Shown piece by piece: positions 1-6,701 of a stretch of DNA of 33,610 bases. The translations under genes and the position numbers were made by a program. The DNA is from a virus. Lineage: Duplodnaviria; Caudoviricetes. Numbering within the stretch: the first letter of the stretch is position 1; each line of letters starts with the position of its first letter. Location: positions 1 through 33,610 of IMG/VR virus record IMGVR_UViG_3300033067_001492; one strand, written 5' to 3'. The notes below the pieces were generated by a model that did not search any database, was not told the DNA's origin, and saw only the letters and a program-made list of their open reading frames with translations.

Positions 1-92
1 ACGTGTCGGAGACGACGGCAAAGCGCCTGCTCCGCGGGGAGCGGCGATGGACGGACTACCAGCGGGCGAAGCTCGCGAAGGGGGCAGCGTGA
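1..92 (+). CDS. 3' end of a probable Cro/XRE-like HTH protein (partial)
   Basis: Frame from nt 3 reads VSETTAKRLLRGERRWTDYQRAKLAKGAA*, resembling an HTH recognition helix. Its TGA (90-92) overlaps the next GTG. Not in the ORF track. Confidence 0.45.
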   Translation, partial: VSETTAKRLLRGERRWTDYQRAKLAKGAA

Positions 93-280
93 GCGACAGC
101 CAATCTTTCGTGGTGTTCTTTGGGCTCGTCTTCCTGACGATCGTTGTTGGCATCCTGGTCGACTGCGCGAAGAGCGGCGCCGACCACAACGCGATCTGTG
201 CGGTCAAGTCGTGCGCCTCTGGCACGCCAGCCGCCGCCTACCCGGGCCGATGCGTCTGCGTCGTAGGAGAAGCGAAGTGA
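89..280 (+). CDS. small membrane protein with Cys-rich C-terminus
   Basis: GTG at 89 overlaps the upstream TGA; hydrophobic run FVVFFGLVFLTIVVGILV; five Cys follow. Confidence 0.6.
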   Translation: MSDSQSFVVFFGLVFLTIVVGILVDCAKSGADHNAICAVKSCASGTPAAAYPGRCVCVVGEAK

Positions 281-423
281 CAGCGGCCGAGCAGCCCCGG
301 CCCCGCCACCACGCCGCGCTCATCGGCGGCGTCTGGCGCTGCTGCTGCGGGTGGGTGTTGGCAGCGACCGGCCCCGAGGCTGACGCGGTGGTGGAGAAGC
401 ATGTGGGGGGTGGCGATGGCTGA
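277..423 (+). CDS. small hypothetical protein (HH...CCC, possible metal binding)
   Basis: GTGA coupling at 277; PRHHAALIGGVWRCCCGW...EKH. Confidence 0.45.
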   Translation: MTAAEQPRPRHHAALIGGVWRCCCGWVLAATGPEADAVVEKHVGGGDG

Positions 424-754
424 TGGCAAGGAGTTACGGTTTAAGTGGGCGTGCCCGAAGTGTGGGGCGGGCGCCAACGGCCACGGCGACGGCGGACGCG
501 ATGGATGCATCGACCGTCACGCGGCGTCCGTTGGGTGCCTCGGGTTCATCTGTGAGTGCGAGGACGACACTGGGGCTACGCACGGCTACACGCTGGCGGA
601 CCCTTGCCTCCTAGCCAACTGCTACCACTGCGGGTGGGGCGGTCGCTTCCCGCAGAAGCCGAAGGGACTGGCGCCGTGGGAAAAGAAGGCGCTGGAGGCC
701 GGGTGGTCGCCGCCGGCTGACCGCGCGCGCGAACTGGGCGGGAGCGTCAAGTGA
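416..754 (+). CDS. Cys-rich zinc-binding hypothetical protein
   Basis: ATG 416 after a G-rich SD; CPKC, CxxxxCxC and CYHC motifs. Confidence 0.65.
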   Translation: MADGKELRFKWACPKCGAGANGHGDGGRDGCIDRHAASVGCLGFICECEDDTGATHGYTLADPCLLANCYHCGWGGRFPQKPKGLAPWEKKALEAGWSPPADRARELGGSVK

Positions 755-942
755 CCCCCGCCGAGCTCGCCGCCGACGCGCAGAGCCGCGACGCCACAAC
801 GCCGCTGTTCGGCATCGGCTGGCACCGCCACGGCCGCCGCTGGGTCTGGGGCGCCCGCTACGGCGACGGCTGCGCAGCCTGCGACGCCGCGTGGCGCAGC
901 GCTGTGCCGGGACCGACGGCGGGAAGGTGGCGGAGGCCGTGA
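751..942 (+). CDS. small hypothetical protein
   Basis: GTGA coupling at both ends; CAAC motif. Confidence 0.5.
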   Translation: MTPAELAADAQSRDATTPLFGIGWHRHGRRWVWGARYGDGCAACDAAWRSAVPGPTAGRWRRP

Positions 943-1178
943 TGCGCATCGGCTCGCTGTTCAGCGGGATCGGCGGCCTCGACATTGGCCTCGAGTGGGC
1001 CGGCGTCGGCCGCACGGTGTGGCAGGTGGAGCGCGATCCGTTCTGTCGTGCGGTGCTGGCGAGGCACTGGCCGGATGCTGAAAGGTTTGAGGATGTGAGG
1101 CTGGTCCACTCCGAGGAGTGGGCTGAAGAGGAGCTAAGGAGGTTCTTCGATGCCGGGGAAGCCGAAGAAGATGACTGA
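942..1178 (+). CDS. C5-cytosine DNA methyltransferase, N-terminal fragment (motifs I-III)
   Basis: [21 protein letters not shown] (motif I FxGxG), QVERDPFC (II), FEDV (III); then an unrelated acidic tail and stop at 1178. Confidence 0.9.
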   Translation: MRIGSLFSGIGGLDIGLEWAGVGRTVWQVERDPFCRAVLARHWPDAERFEDVRLVHSEEWAEEELRRFFDAGEAEEDD

Positions 1179-1629
1179 GGAACAGTTGTGCGAGGCGATT
1201 GAGTTGTACCATCGCGGAGCCAGTCTGGCCGACTGCGCGCACATCTACGGCATCACGCGCCAGGCGATGTGGAGCAGGATGAAGGGTCGCATACAGATGC
1301 GGCCCCAATTGCGATACGGCAGCTCAAACCACTTCTTTCGCCGCGGTCCCGTGGCGGATGCGTACGTCCACAACCTGACCGAGCAGGCCATCGAGGATGG
1401 CGTGATTCGGCGCAGCGCTACGTGCGAAACGTGCGGGGCATCCGGCCACATGTCTGACGGGCGCACCATCGTCCAGGCGCATCACTGCGACTACAACAAG
1501 CCGCTGGAGGTTGTGTGGCTCTGCCAGAGGTGCCATCACGAGTGGCACAAATCCAACATTGCAATCGCGAGGGAGGAGGTGCCCAGGGAACTCCCCGCAG
1601 TCGACGTGATTTGCGGAGGGTTCCCGTAA
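1150..1629 (+). CDS. HTH + HNH-type (putative homing) endonuclease whose C-terminus carries the first half of MTase motif IV
   Basis: SD TAAGGAGG at 1135-1142, 7 nt before ATG. HTH-like [19 protein letters not shown]; CETC...[24 protein letters not shown]; ends [12 protein letters not shown]. Confidence 0.85.
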   Translation: MPGKPKKMTEEQLCEAIELYHRGASLADCAHIYGITRQAMWSRMKGRIQMRPQLRYGSSNHFFRRGPVADAYVHNLTEQAIEDGVIRRSATCETCGASGHMSDGRTIVQAHHCDYNKPLEVVWLCQRCHHEWHKSNIAIAREEVPRELPAVDVICGGFP

Positions 1630-2438
1630 TGCGTGCCAAGACATCTCCTACGCCGGCAAGGGGGCCGGCCTCGACGGCGCCCGTTCAGGACTCTGGTTCG
1701 AGTTCGCTCGAATCATTCGCGAGATGGGACCCCGCTTCGTTGTCGTGGAGAACGTCTCAGCGCTGCTTACTCGCGGGCTTGACACCGTTCTCGGAACGCT
1801 GGCCTCGCTCGGGTACGATGCGGAGTGGTGCTGCGTTCGTGCGTCCGACGTGGGCGCTCGGCACCGCCGGGACAGAGTCTTCCTCATCGGCTACTTGGCC
1901 GACGCCGGATGCCTCGGTCGCGAACGACTCCGAGACGCTGGAGTCGTGGGAGGCGCGCCGGGCCCGAGTGAAGGCCACCGGGATCAACGGCAACGGGATG
2001 GGCGCGCCCCTGGCGATAGCGGTCAGGCTGTGGCCGACGACGACGACGAGCGATGCGCGTGCCAGCGGCGCAGCGGGCTACTCGACGGAGAGTGGGCGGC
2101 ATGCGGGCACGACGCTGACCGATGCGGTCAACGGGATGTGGGCGACGCCTGTTGCTCGCGACGAGAAGGGGCCGACGGGTGCGGGCCGGACGTCACGGCG
2201 CAAGTCGCCGCAGGTGCCGGACCAAGCGGGCTGCAAGGGGCGCCAGTCGCTCAACCCCGCGTGGGTCGAGCAACTCATGGGCTTTCCGCCCGGTTGGACG
2301 TTGCCGGGCCCGGACAGCCTCAGCACGCCTGGGAAGCCCCACGCATCGCGTCGACGGCGCCGCACCGAAGCAAGAGACTCCGCGCCCTTGGCAACGCCGT
2401 CGTGCCGCAAGTCGCTGAAGTCGTCGGCCGGCGGATGA
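1629..2438 (+). CDS. overprinted methyltransferase beta-type subunit (variable/target-recognition region + motif IX)
   Basis: ATG in the TAATG overlap with GGAGG at 1615-1619; repeats WPTP/WPTT/WATP; LNPAWVEQLMGFPPGWT matches motif IX, which the alpha frame lacks. Confidence 0.8.
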   Translation: MRAKTSPTPARGPASTAPVQDSGSSSLESFARWDPASLSWRTSQRCLLAGLTPFSERWPRSGTMRSGAAFVRPTWALGTAGTESSSSATWPTPDASVANDSETLESWEARRARVKATGINGNGMGAPLAIAVRLWPTTTTSDARASGAAGYSTESGRHAGTTLTDAVNGMWATPVARDEKGPTGAGRTSRRKSPQVPDQAGCKGRQSLNPAWVEQLMGFPPGWTLPGPDSLSTPGKPHASRRRRRTEARDSAPLATPSCRKSLKSSAGG

Positions 2439-2455
2439 TGGAGCTCGCTCGCTGA
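1634..2455 (+). CDS. C5-cytosine methyltransferase alpha-type segment (catalytic CQD, motifs V-VIII and X); no start codon upstream of the Cys
   Basis: From 1634 reads CQDISYAGKGAGLDGARSGLWFEF...VVVENV...HRRDRVFLIG...RLRALGNAVVPQVAE. In-frame TGA at 1607; first ATG is at 1724, downstream of the catalytic Cys. Confidence 0.85.
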   Translation, partial: CQDISYAGKGAGLDGARSGLWFEFARIIREMGPRFVVVENVSALLTRGLDTVLGTLASLGYDAEWCCVRASDVGARHRRDRVFLIGYLADAGCLGRERLRDAGVVGGAPGPSEGHRDQRQRDGRAPGDSGQAVADDDDERCACQRRSGLLDGEWAACGHDADRCGQRDVGDACCSRREGADGCGPDVTAQVAAGAGPSGLQGAPVAQPRVGRATHGLSARLDVAGPGQPQHAWEAPRIASTAPHRSKRLRALGNAVVPQVAEVVGRRMMELAR

Positions 2456-2463
2456 AACACAAC

Positions 2464-2493
2464 GGCCCCGGAGCGCTGCAACGCCCCGAGGCC
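2464..2493. promoter_or_regulatory. intergenic hairpin (c4-target-like, or minus-strand terminator)
   Basis: GGCCCCGGAGCG-CTGCAA-CGCCCCGAGGCC; two A.C mismatches on + become G.U pairs on -, followed on - by GTTGTGTTTC. Confidence 0.45.
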
Positions 2494-2523
2494 ATGACCC
2501 GAACCCTGCTCGAGAACGGAGAC

Positions 2524-3180
2524 ATGATGCCTGATACGCACGATCCCTGCCAGCGTGAACTGAACGGCCTCGCACCTGTCGCAGCCGTCCAGCCGGAGCC
2601 GGACACGGTGGTCCGGGTCGCCTATGCCATCTGTGGCGTCCCCCGCGCCGCCACGCTTTCCCGCTGTAGGCACGCGGTCCGAGCTCGCCACGTCGCCGCC
2701 AACATCCTCCGCGGCTACGGTCTCTCCTTCCCCGAGATCGCCAGGGCTGCCGGGCTGCGTTGCCACACCAGCGCCATGTATGCCGCGCAGGAAGGCGCAG
2801 ATGAGCGATACGCCGAGGTGAGGGCGGCGGTCATCCGCGAGGTGGAGTCGGCGAGGGGCCCGGGGGAGACGCTCGCCAAGGCACTCGAGGAACTCGCCGC
2901 CGAGCGTCTGCAACGCGCTGCGCTGGCCGCCAAGGTCGACGAACTGGACGCTGCCCGGCGCCGCCACATCGAGAAGAACAAGACGCTGCGTCGAAAGATC
3001 GAGCGGCTCGAGCAACGGCTGACCGCGGCAACGACCAGGCGGGACGCCGAAATCGCGAAGGCCATCGCCGCCGACGTGGACATGCGCCCGCCGAAACCGC
3101 CGAAGCGGATGGAGCGCTTTGGAAGCATGGTCGTCGAGCGCCTGCCAGACGGCCGCGTCGTCACGAGGAAGGTGGCGTAA
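2524..3180 (+). CDS. protein with DnaA C-terminal (domain IV)-like HTH and a coiled coil
   Basis: SRCRHAVRARHVAANILRGYGLSFPEIARAAGLRCHTSAMYA parallels DnaA domain IV (R..I...RQIAMYL....SL..IG..FG.RDHTTV.HA). Start could be 2494, 2524 or 2527; GGAG lies just upstream of 2524/2527. Confidence 0.7.
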   Translation: MMPDTHDPCQRELNGLAPVAAVQPEPDTVVRVAYAICGVPRAATLSRCRHAVRARHVAANILRGYGLSFPEIARAAGLRCHTSAMYAAQEGADERYAEVRAAVIREVESARGPGETLAKALEELAAERLQRAALAAKVDELDAARRRHIEKNKTLRRKIERLEQRLTAATTRRDAEIAKAIAADVDMRPPKPPKRMERFGSMVVERLPDGRVVTRKVA

Positions 3181-3311
3181 TGGCGTACCGCACCAGTTGC
3201 GCACAGGTATCCCCGCTTACCACACGCTTTTCCCAGGCTGCATCATACACACTACGTCGATGCAACGTTGTTAATTCGGACGGCAGCGGTACACGGGTGG
3301 TGGAGGTCTAG

Positions 3312-4268
3312 ATGGCTGGCCGAATTCGCACACTCAAACCCGAATGGCTCGAGGACGAGAAGCTTTCTATGGCGAGCATCGAGGCCCGCCTACTCAGCGT
3401 CGCTCTCCTACTCATTGCCGACGACCATGGCCGAGGAAGGGCGCATCCTGCCCGCCTTGGGCTGACCGTCTTCCTCGCCGACAGTGACGGGACCGAGACC
3501 GCCCGGCGAGCGCTCGCCGAACTCGAAGCGATTGGGTACGCCCGCACCTATACCGTCCGTGACCAGGCATACTTTGAGGTGGTCAATTGGAAGAAGCACC
3601 AGAAGGTCGACAAGCCCAGCGCACCCCGCGTGCCTGCACCCGGCGACGCCTCAAACGAGAATACCGGCGATTCGCCAGTCGCGAGACCCTCGCGAGACGC
3701 TCGCGAGACCCTCGGACCATCCTCGCGAGACCCTCGCGAAACCCTCGCGACAGACCCCGACCTCCGACCTCCGATCTCCGATCCCATATCCCCGACCCCC
3801 GATCCACGCGAGGGTGGGGCGGGGGGTTCGGTGTCCATGGACGAAACGGAGATCCAATCCCGCCTCCTGAGCAGCCCCGCCTTCCGTGGTGTGGACGTCG
3901 TGGGCGCCGCCGCGTCGATCGCGCAGCACTGCGCCCTCAAGGGCATCCGGCACCCCCGGATTCTGCAAGTCCTCCCCTGGGCGCTCTCGCAACTCGAGGA
4001 CGCCATGATGCGCCCGGACCCGCCCAAGAACCCGGCGACGTACGTGCGGGCCATCGTGCTCCGGTACGGGCCCCCCGGCTGCTACGAGCGGCGCGACGAC
4101 GGCCAGCACAGGCGAGCTCCGCCGGTGCCGGCAGCGACGGCGCAGACCGGCGGCAAGCTGCCCGTCTACGAGGCGGCCCCGGGGCTCAGCGCGGACGAGA
4201 AGCGAGACCAGGCAGCGAAGCTACGCGAGGCGATGCAACGCATCGGGAAAGGTGGGACGGCGGCATGA
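3312..4268 (+). CDS. phage replication initiator / replisome organizer
   Basis: N-terminus MAGRIRTLKPEWLEDEKL, ADDHGRG and NWKKHQKVDKP are typical of phage initiators; GGAGG SD; internal iterons. Confidence 0.8.
   Translation: MAGRIRTLKPEWLEDEKLSMASIEARLLSVALLLIADDHGRGRAHPARLGLTVFLADSDGTETARRALAELEAIGYARTYTVRDQAYFEVVNWKKHQKVDKPSAPRVPAPGDASNENTGDSPVARPSRDARETLGPSSRDPRETLATDPDLRPPISDPISPTPDPREGGAGGSVSMDETEIQSRLLSSPAFRGVDVVGAAASIAQHCALKGIRHPRILQVLPWALSQLEDAMMRPDPPKNPATYVRAIVLRYGPPGCYERRDDGQHRRAPPVPAATAQTGGKLPVYEAAPGLSADEKRDQAAKLREAMQRIGKGGTAA
3679..3803. repeat. iteron array, putative replication origin
   Basis: TCGCGA cores at 3679, 3690, 3701, (3712 degenerate), 3723, 3734 and 3745 give an 11-bp period; followed by ~7-bp CCGA(C/T)CT-like repeats to ~3803. 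Confidence 0.75.
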
Positions 4269-4537
4269 GCAGCACCGAGATGCCCGAATGGGACGACATG
4301 GCGAGAGACCAGGCAGCACACCCCGACGTGCAGAAGTCGCTGTGCGAGTCCATTGCCAAGGCTGAAGAAACCAAGGCGTTCGGTGTGGCCACCGTCCTTT
4401 GGCATGAGGGCGGGTTCTACATCTCGATGGGTGGCGCCGAGGAGCACCGCGAGCACGTCCACACGCTGGGCGAATTCATCTTACGCATTCTCCAGGGAGC
4501 GCTTGACGAGGCTGGAGACGAGGAGGCCAAGCCATGA
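4265..4537 (+). CDS. hypothetical protein
   Basis: ATGA coupling at 4265; protein-like composition (MSSTEMPEWDD...). Confidence 0.65.
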   Translation: MSSTEMPEWDDMARDQAAHPDVQKSLCESIAKAEETKAFGVATVLWHEGGFYISMGGAEEHREHVHTLGEFILRILQGALDEAGDEEAKP

Positions 4538-4788
4538 CCGGCTACATCATCGAGGTCGACCTAGGCGACGGCACGCAGCGCTGGGTGCATCCCTCGGGGC
4601 TGCTCACGCGGCAGCGGGCGGAGGCTCGCCTGTTCCGCCACGGCCTGGCCGTCGCCAAGTGGTGCCAGCACCATCTGGACCCGAAGGCCCGCAGGCGCGT
4701 CGACCTGCCAGGACGCCGCTGGAGCCTGGAGGAGTCGCCCTGGCAGCTTGGCGGGCCCGTAGCGGGGGCTGGCGGGGGTGGGACGTGA
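4534..4788 (+). CDS. hypothetical protein
   Basis: ATGA coupling; GAGGAGG SD. Confidence 0.6.
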   Translation: MTGYIIEVDLGDGTQRWVHPSGLLTRQRAEARLFRHGLAVAKWCQHHLDPKARRRVDLPGRRWSLEESPWQLGGPVAGAGGGGT

Positions 4789-4943
4789 CCGCCCGTCGCA
4801 AGCGCTGGGAGGTCGTGGACCGCCGGGGCCGGCGGGTCCACCTGTGCCGCACGCGCCGCTGGGCGCGGGACTACGCCGCGATGTGGACGCGCGACGCCAT
4901 CGAGGGCGGGCCGTTCCGGGTGCGCGATCGGGGGATGCCGTGA
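4785..4943 (+). CDS. small basic hypothetical protein
   Basis: GTGA coupling at both ends; RKRWEVVDRRGRRVHLCRTRRWARDYA. Confidence 0.5.
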   Translation: MTARRKRWEVVDRRGRRVHLCRTRRWARDYAAMWTRDAIEGGPFRVRDRGMP

Positions 4944-5488
4944 CCGGCCTCGCATCGGCCTTCGGCGAGGCGTTCGGGCTGGGCGAGCCCGTGTCCATCG
5001 CGATGGAGTGGACGCTGCCTCTGCGGCTCGACATGACCGCTAACAAGCGCGAGCACTGGGCGGCCAAGCATCGCCGCATGGCGCCGCAGAGGCACGCCGC
5101 GCACATGGCGACGGTGCAGCACGCGGGGCCGTCGTGGGGGCGGACGACGTGGATCGCGGCACAGCAGCCGAAGCCTCGCTGGGTGAAGGCTCGCGTGGTT
5201 GGCGGCAGGCTGAAGCCGGCGCACTGGACGCGGCCGCGAGGCGTGCCGGCGCACATCCGCATTGAGCCGTACGGGGAGCGCCACCCGCTGCTGCACGTAA
5301 CGCTGACGCGCATCGGGCCGAGGCGTGTGGACCCCGACAACCTCGCAAACGCCTTCAAGGCGGTGCAGGACGGGGTGGCGATGGCGTTCGGGATCGACGA
5401 CGGCGACGAGACGGCCGTGCGCTGGGACTACGCCCAGGAGCGCGGCAGCTACGGGGTGCGGGTGCGCATAGAGAGGCGGGTGGGGTGA
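4940..5488 (+). CDS. rusA: RusA-like Holliday junction resolvase
   Basis: DPDNLANAFKAVQDGVA...GIDD fits the RusA DxDN...K...D catalytic pattern; C-terminal GVRVRI strand. Confidence 0.7.
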   Translation: MTGLASAFGEAFGLGEPVSIAMEWTLPLRLDMTANKREHWAAKHRRMAPQRHAAHMATVQHAGPSWGRTTWIAAQQPKPRWVKARVVGGRLKPAHWTRPRGVPAHIRIEPYGERHPLLHVTLTRIGPRRVDPDNLANAFKAVQDGVAMAFGIDDGDETAVRWDYAQERGSYGVRVRIERRVG

Positions 5489-5679
5489 TGGGACCAACGC
5501 AGGAATGCAACGGGTACAGATGGGCCGACGAGTATCTCAAGGCGGCCGCCGAGCGCGACGCCTACCGCGAGGCGCTGGCAGTCATCGCCCGCGACATCGC
5601 CGACGACGGCAGCGTCACGCGCGAGCAGGTGAACGCTGCGTATGCGCTGGCGCGGGAATGCGCGGGGGTGGGCAAGTGA
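5485..5679 (+). CDS. hypothetical protein
   Basis: Coupled start and stop; helical composition. Confidence 0.55.
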   Translation: MMGPTQECNGYRWADEYLKAAAERDAYREALAVIARDIADDGSVTREQVNAAYALARECAGVGK

Positions 5680-5852
5680 CGCCCGTAGAAGCCGCCTGGG
5701 CGATGCGTGCGCTGTTGGAGCGCAACCAGAACGGCGACGACGAGGAGCAGACCCACCACGAGGGCGACCGGCTGATGTGCACGGTGCTGACCGACCTTGG
5801 CTACGGCGAAATGGTGGAGGCGTTCCGAGCCATGACGCGGTGGTACTCGTGA
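5676..5852 (+). CDS. small hypothetical protein
   Basis: GTGA coupling; DEEQTHHEGDRLMCTVLTDLGYGEMVEAFRAMTRWYS resembles small phage proteins. Confidence 0.6.
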   Translation: MTPVEAAWAMRALLERNQNGDDEEQTHHEGDRLMCTVLTDLGYGEMVEAFRAMTRWYS

Positions 5853-6103
5853 CCCCTGCGCAGGAGCGAGCCGCGCACCGCGAGGCGGCAGCGAAGCTGC
5901 GAGGGCGGCCGAGGTACGCCGACGTAGGCCGGTGGCCGACCGACGGCTACGAGGAGCCCGCCAGCGTCTACGGCGTGCCAGCCATCGGCGACACGCGGGC
6001 GGCGCTGCGGCTGCTGGACGTGCTAGCAGACGACCTCGTCGAGGCGAGGCGGGGGCAGCAGGCGCTGCCGGGGGTGGACGTGACCTGCGCGGCGGAAGAC
6101 TGA
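5849..6103 (+). CDS. hypothetical protein
   Basis: GTGA coupling; last gene of the coupled early run. Confidence 0.5.
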   Translation: MTPAQERAAHREAAAKLRGRPRYADVGRWPTDGYEEPASVYGVPAIGDTRAALRLLDVLADDLVEARRGQQALPGVDVTCAAED

Positions 6104-6109
6104 CCGGCC

Positions 6110-6400
6110 CCTGAGAGCCGCTCCCCGCGCCGCCGCGACGTCCCCGAGAGCGACACAGCCTCGGCGCGGAACCGCCACCACGTCCCCGGTCGCCCTCTCC
6201 GCTCCCCGTCGGAGACTCACCGAGGCCGCGGTTGACGCCAGCGGCAACGATCCCCAAGCGGGTGAGGGTCGACGTGCGCAAGCGCGTCGTGCCCTCAGCC
6301 GTGAAGGGGAGCAGCGTCGGCCGAGACGCACCAGACAGCGAGGCGGGGGTCCGACGATGGGAGCGAAACCTCGCCGCTCTCGCTCACTGGCAGTGTAGGT
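6110..6400 (-). ncRNA. candidate structured non-coding RNA
   Basis: No convincing ORF; at least five helices, two needing G.U pairs that exist only on the - strand; five GGGGA repeats on -. Confidence 0.35.
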
Positions 6401-6551
6401 ACAGATCATCATAGCGCACGGTTTGAGACGGGGCGTCAAGCGAGGCACGAGAACGCCGGAGGAATCGAGGCGGTGTGGGGTCAGACTATCGAGCGATAGG
6501 TGGCGACCAGCGAAGGACGTCGGAGAATTGAGAGCGCCCGGAGACTGGCGG

Positions 6552-6624
6552 TGCGCACGGTCCGACTCGAACGGACACTTAGCCGGGTTTGAGGCGGCTC
6601 CCTCTGCCGTTGGGGTACGTGCGT
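6552..6624 (-). tRNA. tRNA-Leu(CAA)-like gene, short variable loop, degenerate
   Basis: Reverse complement folds as ACGCACG TA CCC-CAACGGCAGA-GGG A GCCGC-CTCAAAC-CCGGC TAAGT GTCCG-TTCGAGT-CGGAC CGTGCGC A. Mismatches at 1-72 and 31-39; followed by CCG rather than CCA. Confidence 0.75.
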
Positions 6625-6657
6625 TGCAGTAGCATCCGGGACGCCGCTGCAATTCGG

Positions 6658-6686
6658 TTGCAATCCGCACGACGCTACGGCATCAT
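6658..6686 (+). promoter_or_regulatory. putative sigma70-type promoter for terS
   Basis: TTGCAA-17 nt-CATCAT, ending 15 nt before GTG 6702. Confidence 0.4.
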
Positions 6687-6701
6687 GGCGTAGGGGTCTA
6701 C

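Noticed and set aside
1621-1640. Selenocysteine or split intein explaining the break at Pro/Cys
   Set aside because: The stop is TAA, the Cys codon is present in another frame, and no intein N- or C-terminal sequences are present.
6586-6594. tRNA read as a TCA (opal suppressor / Sec) anticodon
   Set aside because: TCA is off-centre; standard numbering gives U33 followed by CAA, and the D arm and A73 are Leu-like.
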